DNA from: Shewanella marina JCM 15074
GTDB taxonomy: Bacteria > Pseudomonadota > Gammaproteobacteria > Enterobacterales > Shewanellaceae
Assembly: GCF_000614975.1 (NCBI RefSeq)
Contig: NZ_BALM01000004.1
Span: forward strand, 1-40,000
DNA: 40,000 nucleotides
Direction: 5' to 3'
This document shows, in pieces, positions 27,959 to 36,756 of this stretch. Numbering within the stretch: the first letter of the stretch is position 1; the number at the start of each line of letters is the position of its first letter. The notes under the pieces were generated by a model, which searched no databases, was not told the origin of the DNA, and was given only the letters and a program-made list of their open reading frames with translations. The position numbers and the translations under genes are program-made.

Positions 27959-28879
27959 TTGAACTTAATGATTAGTACTGAAGATTTACGTTTTATGGTG
28001 GTGATTGCGAGTCATAGAACCCTTGCTGATGCCGCTAGAACGCTTAATATCACGCCGCCCTCAGTCACATTAAGGTTGCAACATATAGAAAAAAAGCTAT
28101 CGATGAGCTTAATTCAGCGGCCATCAAGGATCGTTAGCCTGACTGAAGAAGGGCAGTTATTGTTAGATAAAGGCATTGAAATCTTACAGCGATTAGATGA
28201 ACTACAAGAGTTGATTGACGCTCGTAAATCATCTGTTTGCGGTAAATTAAGGGTATTGGCGCCTCTGGGGTTTGGTAATGACTATATTGCGCCGCTATTG
28301 GCACAATATAAGCTATGTCATCCGCAATTAGATATTGAGCTTGAATTGTCTGATAATCCTAATTGGTCGAGCCATCATAAATGGGACATTATTATTTATA
28401 TTGGTGCGCTGAATGATTCATCATTAAAAATGGTCACGTTAGCGGCTAATCAGCGTTTTATTTGCGCCTCACCTGAGTATTTAGCGCGAATGGGCACCCC
28501 ACAAACGCCGGCGCAATTAAGCCAGCATCAATGTATTGCCCTGCGTGAGAATAATGAAGATGTGACTTTGTGGTCATTTATAGCGGCTAACGATGGTCAA
28601 CAACATGAGGTTAGAATTTCCCCTAGCTTGGCAAGTAATGAAGGTCGGGTGATTAAGGATTGGGCATTAGCAGGTATGGGCATTATTATGCGCTCTGAAT
28701 GGGATGTTCAACCCCTGATTAATAGCGGTCAATTAGTGCGTCTCCTGCCAGAGTATCATCTACCCAATGCTAATATTGTGGCATTATTAAGTAGCCCAAT
28801 TCAGGCTCGCAGTGCCAGAATATCAGGCTTTATTGATTTGCTAAAACAGCATTTATCACCTGAGCCTTGGTCATCTTAA
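27959..28879 (+). CDS. LysR-family transcriptional regulator (divergent from the OCD/DSD-like pair)
   Basis: The HTH reads LRFMVVIASHRTLADAARTLNITPPSVTLRLQHIEKKL, followed by a LysR effector domain. The start is either TTG at 27959 or the in-frame ATG at 27968. Confidence 0.8.
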   Translation: MNLMISTEDLRFMVVIASHRTLADAARTLNITPPSVTLRLQHIEKKLSMSLIQRPSRIVSLTEEGQLLLDKGIEILQRLDELQELIDARKSSVCGKLRVLAPLGFGNDYIAPLLAQYKLCHPQLDIELELSDNPNWSSHHKWDIIIYIGALNDSSLKMVTLAANQRFICASPEYLARMGTPQTPAQLSQHQCIALRENNEDVTLWSFIAANDGQQHEVRISPSLASNEGRVIKDWALAGMGIIMRSEWDVQPLINSGQLVRLLPEYHLPNANIVALLSSPIQARSARISGFIDLLKQHLSPEPWSS

Positions 28880-29071
28880 TTAAACTAGATAAATGTAGGT
28901 TTTCGCCGCTAATTGCAGCCAAATTGATATGGTTAGATAGATATATCGGGCTAATTTTGTTAGATAATATATGGCTGAGTTATTGAAACAGAAGATTTAA
29001 TTAATGCTAATTGTGATTATGCTAAATAATGGCTATCTTATCGGCCTCTGTCATTAATTCAGTTTGTTTTC

Positions 29072-30136
29072 ATGAGAAATCTATCGACTTTAGCCATTTT
29101 ACCCAACATTGATATTGGTTTGAAACGACGAGCATTATGGTTAATTGCTGGGCTTGCTTTGGTAAACTTGCTGGTATGGTCACTCACCTTTATCGCTTTT
29201 AGTGGGCATCCCGCGATGTTGGCTATGTCTTTTCTCGCTTGGTCATTTGGGTTACGTCATGCTGTCGATGCCGATCATATTGCAGCCATTGATAGTACCA
29301 CTCGTAAAATGATGCAGCAGGGTAAAAAACCATTAGCTATTGGCACCTTCTTTTCGTTAGGTCATTCGACCGTAGTGATTTTAGCTACAGTTGCCATTGC
29401 AGTGACTGTTGGAATGTTTAAGTCTCATCTGCCTGAATTATCAAATATCGGCGGTGTTATTGGTACGAGTGTATCGATCATCTTCTTGCTGGTGATGGCA
29501 TATATCAATTTAACTATTTTTATTTCTGTCTATAAAACCTTTAACCGCGTTAAACGTGGAGAACAGATACCGGCCACTGAGATTGATCAGCATGTGGTGG
29601 TGAGTGGGCCTTTGTTTAAGCTATTTAATTTCGCTTTTAAGTTAATCAATAAAAGCTGGCATATGTATTTTATCGGGTTTTTATTTGGGCTTGGATTTGA
29701 TACTGCAACTGAAATTGGGCTATTGGCAATGGCTGGATCTAACGCCTCTCATGGGATGAATATTTGGTTGATTATGCTGTTTCCTGCGCTATTTACCGCG
29801 GCAATGTCATTGGTAGATACGTTAAATAACTATGTGATGGTTGGCGCCTATGGCTGGGCATTCTCTCATCCGGCGAGAAAGCTATACTACAATATGACGA
29901 TTACAGGTATTTCGGTAGTTATTGCATTGATGATTGGTGGTTTAGAATCGCTCAGTGCATTATCTTCAGCATTTCATCATAGTGGTGGGATGTGGGATCT
30001 GATTAATATGATCAGTGATAAATGGAGTGATGTCGGGTTTATTGTGATTGCGATATTTATTTTATGCTGGGCATTTTCCATTATTAATTACAAATTACGT
30101 GGCTATGACAAGCTGGCCAATAACGCCATCGGTTAG
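29072..30136 (+). CDS. HoxN/HupN/NixA-family (NiCoT) high-affinity nickel/cobalt permease
   Basis: The signature RHAVDADHIAAIDSTTRK in TM2 is present, plus FSLGHSTVV and LGFDTATE. The 354 aa product is polytopic. Confidence 0.85.
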   Translation: MRNLSTLAILPNIDIGLKRRALWLIAGLALVNLLVWSLTFIAFSGHPAMLAMSFLAWSFGLRHAVDADHIAAIDSTTRKMMQQGKKPLAIGTFFSLGHSTVVILATVAIAVTVGMFKSHLPELSNIGGVIGTSVSIIFLLVMAYINLTIFISVYKTFNRVKRGEQIPATEIDQHVVVSGPLFKLFNFAFKLINKSWHMYFIGFLFGLGFDTATEIGLLAMAGSNASHGMNIWLIMLFPALFTAAMSLVDTLNNYVMVGAYGWAFSHPARKLYYNMTITGISVVIALMIGGLESLSALSSAFHHSGGMWDLINMISDKWSDVGFIVIAIFILCWAFSIINYKLRGYDKLANNAIG

Positions 30137-30223
30137 TGAATTTACAGCAATTATTGGATGCATATTTAACTGAGTTAAGGTAAGGTCTGCGCCAATAAAG
30201 ATTTATAGATAAATGAGTATTGT

Positions 30224-31039
30224 ATGGCTTATATTTGCCCACTTTGTCGTCAACTTTTGCAGCTTACTGACAAAACTTGGCGTTGTTCTAATAACCATTG
30301 TTTTGATTGTGCCAAAGAAGGTTACGTTAACTTATTGCCGGTGCAAAACAAGAACTCAAAAGATCCTGGTGATAATCAGCAAATGATGTTGGCACGCCGT
30401 CAATTTCTAGAGGCGGGTTTTTATCAGCCTTTAAGCGAAAAGGTGAATCAAATTGCTTGTGGGCTTATTAAGCAGAATTGCCAAATACTGGATATTGGCT
30501 GTGGTGAAGGTTATTACAGTAATCGTTTATTTGAAGCACTGAACCAACAAGTTGAAGCACAGCTAGTTGGACTTGATATTTCTAAGTCTGCCATTAAATA
30601 TGCCGCTAAAAAGTATAAGCAACTGCAGTTTTGTGTTGCAAGTGCTTATGATATGCCATTTGAAGATCACAGTATTGATTTGATGCTACGTATTTATGCA
30701 CCATCTAAACTTGATGAGATTAAACGCGTGCTAAAAAAAGAGGGCTATTTGATTACGGTTTCACCCGCCCCTAAACATCATTATGCGATTAAAGAACTTA
30801 TCTATGAACAGCCTCGTTTACATCCTGTATCAGAAGCTGAACTCGATGGGTTTAAGTTAGTTGAACAACAGCAATTAAGTTGGCAGCTTGAGATGACAGA
30901 TGCAGCAATGATTGGTCATTTTTTAGAAATGACACCTTACGCATGGAAATTAACATCTGACCAAAAACAGCAACTTATGCAGAATGGATTGAGCTGTGAA
31001 CTGGATTTTCAGATAGAAATACACCAGTTATTAAGCTAA
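30224..31039 (+). CDS. rlmA: 23S rRNA (guanine745-N1)-methyltransferase RlmA(I)
   Basis: It has an N-terminal Zn-finger CPLC...C..NHC.D and the motif EGYVNLLPVQ. The SAM motif is ILDIGCGEGYY. The product is 271 aa. Confidence 0.85.
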   Translation: MAYICPLCRQLLQLTDKTWRCSNNHCFDCAKEGYVNLLPVQNKNSKDPGDNQQMMLARRQFLEAGFYQPLSEKVNQIACGLIKQNCQILDIGCGEGYYSNRLFEALNQQVEAQLVGLDISKSAIKYAAKKYKQLQFCVASAYDMPFEDHSIDLMLRIYAPSKLDEIKRVLKKEGYLITVSPAPKHHYAIKELIYEQPRLHPVSEAELDGFKLVEQQQLSWQLEMTDAAMIGHFLEMTPYAWKLTSDQKQQLMQNGLSCELDFQIEIHQLLS

Positions 31040-31188
31040 TTGTTAACTATATGTTGGTGATACTTACTGTTTGTTCGCTAATTTAGAGAGATAAAATACT
31101 TAAAATTTGATGTAGCACACATAATTTGTATTTGTGAGCAAGATGCAGAATTTTAAGTAAAAAAGTAAGAAAGTGCGAGTTAACTCTG

Positions 31189-31216
31189 TTGACTTATGAT
31201 GAGAATGATTTATAGT
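31189..31216 (+). promoter_or_regulatory. Candidate sigma70 promoter of the cold-shock gene (long 5' UTR)
   Basis: TTGACT (31189-31194), a 16-nt spacer, then TATAGT (31211-31216). This predicts a leader of about 125 nt before the ATG at 31350, typical of cspA-type genes. Confidence 0.45.
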
Positions 31217-31349
31217 CATATTAGCTTGAAGGTTGGGCTTATTTTTTTGTACGTTACGAACCAGTTCGTCCTGTTAACAAAAGTAATACCGGCAATTCAG
31301 CTCCATCGCCGTTAAGGCTTTTAATTTATAGTTACACAGGATTTATATC

Positions 31350-31559
31350 ATGTCTCAAGTTACTGGTGTTGTTAAGTGGTTCAACTCTGACAAAGGTTTC
31401 GGTTTTATCGAGCAAGAGTCTGGTCCAGACGTATTCGTTCACTTCCGTGCTATCAACTCTGACGGTTTCAAAACTCTTGACGAAGGTCAGAAAGTATCTT
31501 TCACTGTGACTCAAGGTCAGAAAGGTCCTCAAGCTGAGAACGTAACAATCGTTGCTTAA
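31350..31559 (+). CDS. CspA-family cold-shock protein
   Basis: The 69 aa product carries RNP1 KGFGFI and RNP2 VFVHF. Confidence 0.9.
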   Translation: MSQVTGVVKWFNSDKGFGFIEQESGPDVFVHFRAINSDGFKTLDEGQKVSFTVTQGQKGPQAENVTIVA

Positions 31560-31591
31560 TAACTAATTTAAATTAGTTAAAAGAATTCTTA

Positions 31592-31618
31592 AAAACCGTG
31601 GTTTATCCACGGTTTTTT
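31592..31618 (+). terminator. Rho-independent terminator after the csp gene
   Basis: AAAACCGTGG-TTTAT-CCACGGTTTTTT. Confidence 0.8.
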
Positions 31619-31653
31619 ATTGCCTGAAATTAGCGAATATTTAATTTAAAGAC

Positions 31654-31680
31654 ATAAAAAAAGCTGGAGTCCTCCAGCTT
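31654..31680 (-). terminator. Rho-independent terminator of the ABC transporter operon
   Basis: On the minus strand, the AAGCTGGAG/CTCCAGCTT stem is followed by TTTTTTT (the complement of 31654-31660). Confidence 0.75.
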
Positions 31681-31701
31681 TCTTGTCATGAAAATCCCTG
31701 T

Positions 31702-32607
31702 TTAACTAAATAAACTATCTTCTAGTTTGATACCATTATAAATCGCTTTATATTGCCATGAGTATCGGCTACATAGCTCAAGTACAGTATGTTCAAGTTG
31801 CAATGGACTATCACTATTAAGACGATGCTCAATAATTAATGTCTGCTTATTCTTTTGCTTGATCTCAACAACATATTCTAACTGTTCAAGCTCATTGATT
31901 AAGGTTGGTATCTCACAATCACTCATGGTTAAGGTTAATTGCGCTGTTTCTTGTTGTGCATTTAACGATAGATGGCGAGTGAGTTTACCTTGCTCTAAAT
32001 AAAGTACTTGATCACACATCTGCTCTAGCTCTTCTAGATTGTGTGAACTGATAATAAAGGTTGTGGTTGTTGATAATTGATCGACTATCTGGCGAACTTG
32101 TTTCGCATGGATCGGATCCAATCCTGCCGTCGGTTCATCTAATAAGACTAATTCAGGCTGACCTATTAACGCTTGCGCAATCGATACTCGTTTTGCCATA
32201 CCATGACTGAGGCTGGTGGGCTTTTGTTGAGCAGAGTCTGTTAAGCCCACTAACTCAAGCACTCGTTTGGTTTCATCTTTTGCTTGGATAGCAGAGAAAC
32301 CTTGTAATCGAGCGAAAAAGGTTAATTGTTTGGTGATACTCAAATGTGGGTCAAGCAAAGCATCTTGTGGCAGGGTACTTATTTTCCCTATATTTTGTGG
32401 ATGATTAGGCTCTTGGCCATTAATGCTAATGCTGCCACTTGATGGACTGATAAAACCTGAAAGTATGCTTAAAAATGTGGTTTTACCCGCACCATTCGGG
32501 CCTACTAAAGCAATTGGTTTACCCTTAACCAATTCAATATCAATATTATTTAATACTGTTTTGCCTGCATACTGTTTGCTGAGTTGTTTACATGAAATAA
32601 GACTCAT
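31702..32607 (-). CDS. ABC transporter ATP-binding protein (ABC-2 / CcmA-like subfamily)
   Basis: Walker A is GPNGAGKTT, the signature is LSHGMAKR, and Walker B is LVLLDEPTAGLD. The product is 301 aa. Confidence 0.85.
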   Translation of the reverse strand: MSLISCKQLSKQYAGKTVLNNIDIELVKGKPIALVGPNGAGKTTFLSILSGFISPSSGSISINGQEPNHPQNIGKISTLPQDALLDPHLSITKQLTFFARLQGFSAIQAKDETKRVLELVGLTDSAQQKPTSLSHGMAKRVSIAQALIGQPELVLLDEPTAGLDPIHAKQVRQIVDQLSTTTTFIISSHNLEELEQMCDQVLYLEQGKLTRHLSLNAQQETAQLTLTMSDCEIPTLINELEQLEYVVEIKQKNKQTLIIEHRLNSDSPLQLEHTVLELCSRYSWQYKAIYNGIKLEDSLFS

Positions 32608-33452
32608 AGCTGACTCCGCTTTAACCAGTAATTACCTAAGGCCAATAACACTAGGGTTTGAATGATAGGAATAGCACTTAAGCTAAAAGTGGCTGCGCCA
32701 TGCTGGGCAATCATATCGGATAACTGCACACCCGGAATAACATAACTTAATACGGCTAAACTAGGGATATAGTTGGTGAGCATAATGACTAGTAAATTAG
32801 CGAGTGTTAACAGTAGCATGGCAATAATACCCGCCTGTTTAGCGCTATTAGCCGCTAATGATACCAGTGCCATTAAGGCCGTAAATGGCGCACTAATAAT
32901 GATGACATTGGTAAGAATATAGCCACTATTGGTCAGTGCCGTTAACCATTGATCAGGCTGATTAATGATGGTGACGACCAAACAGCTCACTACAGCAACT
33001 AATGCAAAAATAAAAATAATGATTAAATGGCTCAATATGCGGCTAAAGAAGATTTGTTCACGGCTGGCACGTATAAGTAAAAATCGTAAGGTTTTATTGT
33101 GCTTATCTGTAGTGAACATATCGTTGCTGGTAAAAATCACCAACATAGGGAAAAGATAAAGTACAATAAGCCAACAAACTGCAAGCTGCGCAAGAGGCCA
33201 TGCAAACCAACCTCCGACTCTATGTCCACCCAATAACCCACTAATAAAAGCTCTGAAAGAGGGATCGTAGACGGTTGTGGCTGCATCGTTAATCAGATAG
33301 CTAAGTGAAAGCCCCCACAATACGACAAATAAGATGATTGACCACAAGCCTTTTGAGGTGGAAAAGAACTTGCTGAGTTCAAATTGAATTAAGATCCACA
33401 ATTTATGTGGCGATGAGTGAGGTGTTAGTGTATTCAAAACCAACCTTTTCAT
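32604..33452 (-). CDS. ABC-2-type membrane permease (substrate unknown)
   Basis: This is a 282 aa hydrophobic protein with about 6 predicted TM segments. Its stop overlaps the ATPase start (ATGA at 32604-32607). Confidence 0.65.
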   Translation of the reverse strand: MKRLVLNTLTPHSSPHKLWILIQFELSKFFSTSKGLWSIILFVVLWGLSLSYLINDAATTVYDPSFRAFISGLLGGHRVGGWFAWPLAQLAVCWLIVLYLFPMLVIFTSNDMFTTDKHNKTLRFLLIRASREQIFFSRILSHLIIIFIFALVAVVSCLVVTIINQPDQWLTALTNSGYILTNVIIISAPFTALMALVSLAANSAKQAGIIAMLLLTLANLLVIMLTNYIPSLAVLSYVIPGVQLSDMIAQHGAATFSLSAIPIIQTLVLLALGNYWLKRSQL

Positions 33453-33504
33453 TAAGTTATTATGTCGTCAGCTTAACAGAAAAGGCTGGTAAAACACGAG
33501 ATGC

Positions 33505-34137
33505 TTAACGTGCTAATAATTCATTAATATGCGATTGAAGCTCGGCAACTTGCTGCTCTAATGTGGTAACGCGCTGTTCAAGGGCAGTTTTTGATGGGCT
33601 GACATAGGTCGATTCATCTGCAAGTAGCTGTTCACTTTGTTCTGAAAAGAGCTGGCAATATTTTGCTTCACGCTTACCGGGTTCTTTTGCAAGTAATTTA
33701 ACTTGTGCAGGATCGGCTTGTGCCATTTGTGTGAGTTGTTGTTCGACTTCGACAATATTTTTAAAATCATGTAGACGATTACTACGGGTGCGAAGTTCAC
33801 CTGCGGTTTGCGGACCACGTAACATCAATAAACAGACAATGGCTAATTGGGCTTGGTTAAACTGTAAATCACTGAATTCAGTATTGCAGAAACGATGTTT
33901 ATACTTAGCGACACGACTACCAAAGCCTGTTTGTTCGCTAATTAAGCGCTTTTGAGTTAATGAGTCTACAGCTTGCTGTACATCAGTTTCTGTAAGTTCC
34001 ATTACAGGACAACGACTGCTTTTCTGATTACAGGCCAGGGTGAGTGCATTTAACGAAAGGGGATATTGTTCTGGGGTGGTGACTTCTTTTTCGAGGAGGC
34101 AACCAATGACACGTGTTTCAATACTCGTTAGTTCCAT
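33505..34137 (-). CDS. yceH: DUF480 protein YceH
   Basis: [44 protein letters not shown] matches remembered E. coli YceH ([44 protein letters not shown]). Confidence 0.8.
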   Translation of the reverse strand: MELTSIETRVIGCLLEKEVTTPEQYPLSLNALTLACNQKSSRCPVMELTETDVQQAVDSLTQKRLISEQTGFGSRVAKYKHRFCNTEFSDLQFNQAQLAIVCLLMLRGPQTAGELRTRSNRLHDFKNIVEVEQQLTQMAQADPAQVKLLAKEPGKREAKYCQLFSEQSEQLLADESTYVSPSKTALEQRVTTLEQQVAELQSHINELLAR

Positions 34138-34165
34138 AACTTCACCTATTACTACGTCTAATTGT

Positions 34166-34195
34166 GCTGTGGCAGAGGGTAATTTCTGCCACAGC
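34166..34195 (-). terminator. 10-bp-stem hairpin between the S1-domain gene and yceH (terminator or attenuator; no clear U-tract)
   Basis: GCTGTGGCAG-10 nt-CTGCCACAGC lies 52 nt after the upstream gene's stop and 29 nt before the yceH start. Confidence 0.35.
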
Positions 34196-34246
34196 TATAT
34201 TAATAGCAAAGCTTGGTGAATTCGACCAGCTAAGTTTAGCGTTAAA

Positions 34247-35080
34247 TTATTGAATTAACGTTAAACCGTGATCTTCAATGCGGATCAGATTATTTTTGTA
34301 CAAGCCACCGATCGCTTTTTTGAAGGCTTTTTTACTCATACCTAATTGTGAGTAGATTTCATCTGGTGAAGTTTTATCATTTAGCGCTAAAAAACCGTTG
34401 TTTTTAGTTAACTGAGCCAGAATGATACTGGCGTACTTATCCAGTTCTTGCTTACTGCCTTGTTGCAGTACTAAGTCAATTTTACCGTCTTGGCGAACTT
34501 GCTTAATAAAGCCTTTTAGACTTTGACCAAAACGTAATTTTTGGAATACTTCATTGTTGTAGATTACGCCCCAGTGCTCATTATTGATAATGGCTTTGTA
34601 ACCAAGGTCAGTGGTACCACCAATAATAAGATTAACAGCTTGACCATCTTGGTAGTTAGCCGGTGTGTTATCGAGAAATTTTTCAATTTTTGAAGAAGCT
34701 AGGATGCGATCATCTGCATGATTAATATGCACGTAAACAAGGTAACTACGGCCTTCTTCAATAGGCTTGTGCTGTTCGCCAAAGGGTAAAAATAGATCTT
34801 TATCTAAGCCCCAATCTAAAAATGCGCCGTATGGGCCAACAGCAACTGCTTTTAGATAAGCAAATTGACCGACTTCTACATAAGGCTTCTTAGTGGTGGC
34901 AATCACCATATCTTCAGAGTCTAGATATAAAAACACTTCAACCATATCGCCAATTTGGCAATCTTTAGGCGTTACTTTATTGGGTAATAAAACTTGGCCT
35001 AATTCGTGCGCATTTAAATACACACCAAAGTTTACTTGCTTAACGATTTCAAGCTGATGAGTTGTACCGATTTGGATCAT
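34247..35080 (-). CDS. S1-like RNA-binding domain protein (CvfB/YitL family)
   Basis: The 277 aa product has repeated S1-like segments (GVYLN..., GAFLDWGL..., LKGFIKQVRQDGKIDL) and a C-terminal winged-helix-like tail. This is family-level recognition only. Confidence 0.7.
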   Translation of the reverse strand: MIQIGTTHQLEIVKQVNFGVYLNAHELGQVLLPNKVTPKDCQIGDMVEVFLYLDSEDMVIATTKKPYVEVGQFAYLKAVAVGPYGAFLDWGLDKDLFLPFGEQHKPIEEGRSYLVYVHINHADDRILASSKIEKFLDNTPANYQDGQAVNLIIGGTTDLGYKAIINNEHWGVIYNNEVFQKLRFGQSLKGFIKQVRQDGKIDLVLQQGSKQELDKYASIILAQLTKNNGFLALNDKTSPDEIYSQLGMSKKAFKKAIGGLYKNNLIRIEDHGLTLIQ

Positions 35081-35857
35081 GAAGAAATACCTAAATTATA
35101 TGGGATGTCGCTTTATTGCTAATTATATACCCAAATGAGTCGAAGTTGCTATTTTCAGAAGCACTTAAGCTTGTTTATTTAAAGGTGCATCTATGCTGGA
35201 ATAGTATTTCCTTTTAAAGGGGGTATAACGAAGTGGGCTTGCTTTAAGCCCATTAGGTTTCCTACTTAATTCTGTAACTTCAGGTTGCTTTAGACTCGTG
35301 GTATTGCACCATGCGAGGCGCTAATTAGGTTGATCTGACCTGATTACATTAAAGGTTGATAATATGTAATTTATATGGTTTGTTTGTGTTTAATTAAGCC
35401 GTTTTTTTGCTGACAAAAAGTGCATTTTGTTGATTATTTTATATTATCGCAATTAATCATATAAACAGACTTGCAATTGCTCAAATTGCAGGGTTTAATT
35501 GCGCCGCTTATAAAAGCAAAAAATTGATAAATTCACATATTAACAAGACAGTTAAGGTTGTTATGGCTCACGAGTTATTTGCCGTGTAAATAAGGGTTTA
35601 TTTACACGGGGTATTGAGGATTTTTTTATGCAAAATAACGCTACATCAATGTCATGTTCATTGGCATGTTCACCTCATTCGCAACTTATTGTTGCCGAAT
35701 ATACTCATAGGCTAAGACATTCAATTTATTGTCTTAAACAGGCCAGTATACCTTTTTGAAAGCAGCTTTAACCTTATATTTTGGTTAGCTAGCACACCTT
35801 ATATTAAGTAAGGCAATTGGCGCTTTATATCAATTCCATATTTTCTGGGAAGCTTAC

Positions 35858-36733
35858 ATGCAAGGCAAAAATATTTATTACGAAACACTGCATAATGCCT
35901 ATGGGCAATACTTTGAAATAGGTCAAGTATTGTTTGAACAAAAAACGAGTCAATGGCATTTGAGTATTTTTGAAAACCCCAGATTTGGCCGGGTTATGGC
36001 ATTAAATGGCGCCATTCAAACGACTGAAAATGACGAATTTGTATACCATGAAATGTTAACGCACGTACCTTTGTTAGCGCATGGTCAAGCTCAAAAAGTG
36101 TTAATTATTGGTGGTGGTGACGGTGGTATGTTACGTCAGGTCGTCAAACATAAAAATTTAACCAATATTACTATGGTTGAGATTGATGCGGCCGTGGTTG
36201 ATATGTGCAAAACTTATTTTCCGCAACACTCTCAGGGGGCTTTTGATGATCCGAGAGTGAATCTAGTGATTGCTGATGGTTTAGAGTTTGTCAAAAACTG
36301 TACCGAGAAGTTTGATGTCATCATCTCTGATTGTACCGATCCTGTGGGGCCGGGCGAGGTGTTGTTTAGTTCTGAATTCTATCAAAATTGTAAACGCTGT
36401 TTAACTGAAGAGGGTATTTTTGTTGCTCAAAATGGTGTGGCATTTATGCAGCCTGAAGAACTACAAAATACAGTTAGACGCATGAACCAGTACGTTAAAG
36501 AATGTACTTTTTATATGGCAGCGGTGCCAACTTACATTGGTGGCAGTATGGCGTTTGCGTGGGCGACCGATAACGTACAGGCGCGCCAACTTGATTTAGC
36601 AACGTTGACTGCTCGTTTTGAGCAAGCTGATATTGAAACTCGCTATTACACTCCGGCAGTGCATCAAGCAAGTTTCGCATTACCTGCATTTGTGGAGCAG
36701 GCATTGCAAAGCGCAATGTCTATCACTGAATAA
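35858..36733 (+). CDS. speE: Spermidine synthase (aminopropyltransferase) SpeE
   Basis: [43 protein letters not shown] and [14 protein letters not shown] are collinear with E. coli SpeE. Confidence 0.9.
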   Translation: MQGKNIYYETLHNAYGQYFEIGQVLFEQKTSQWHLSIFENPRFGRVMALNGAIQTTENDEFVYHEMLTHVPLLAHGQAQKVLIIGGGDGGMLRQVVKHKNLTNITMVEIDAAVVDMCKTYFPQHSQGAFDDPRVNLVIADGLEFVKNCTEKFDVIISDCTDPVGPGEVLFSSEFYQNCKRCLTEEGIFVAQNGVAFMQPEELQNTVRRMNQYVKECTFYMAAVPTYIGGSMAFAWATDNVQARQLDLATLTARFEQADIETRYYTPAVHQASFALPAFVEQALQSAMSITE

Positions 36734-36756
36734 ACCTTAAAATAGGCACGAAAATA

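Noticed and set aside
28880-29071. NikR operator, B12 riboswitch or NiCo riboswitch upstream of the NiCoT gene
   Set aside because: I found no GTATGA-N16-TCATAC-like dyad and no B12-box-like conserved core. The region is simply AT-rich.
31561-31578. Perfect palindrome AACTAATTTAAATTAGTT right after the csp stop codon
   Set aside because: It is AT-only with a 2-nt centre and would form a weak structure. The real terminator is the GC-rich hairpin at 31592-31618.
35100-35340. Possible sRNA (Csr-type, several GGA/AGG motifs and a TGGGCTT/AAGCCCA hairpin at about 35233-35253) between the S1-domain gene and speE
   Set aside because: The GGA motifs are few and not placed in hairpin loops. There is no clear promoter or terminator pair, and I cannot distinguish it from an ordinary divergent promoter region without expression or covariance data.
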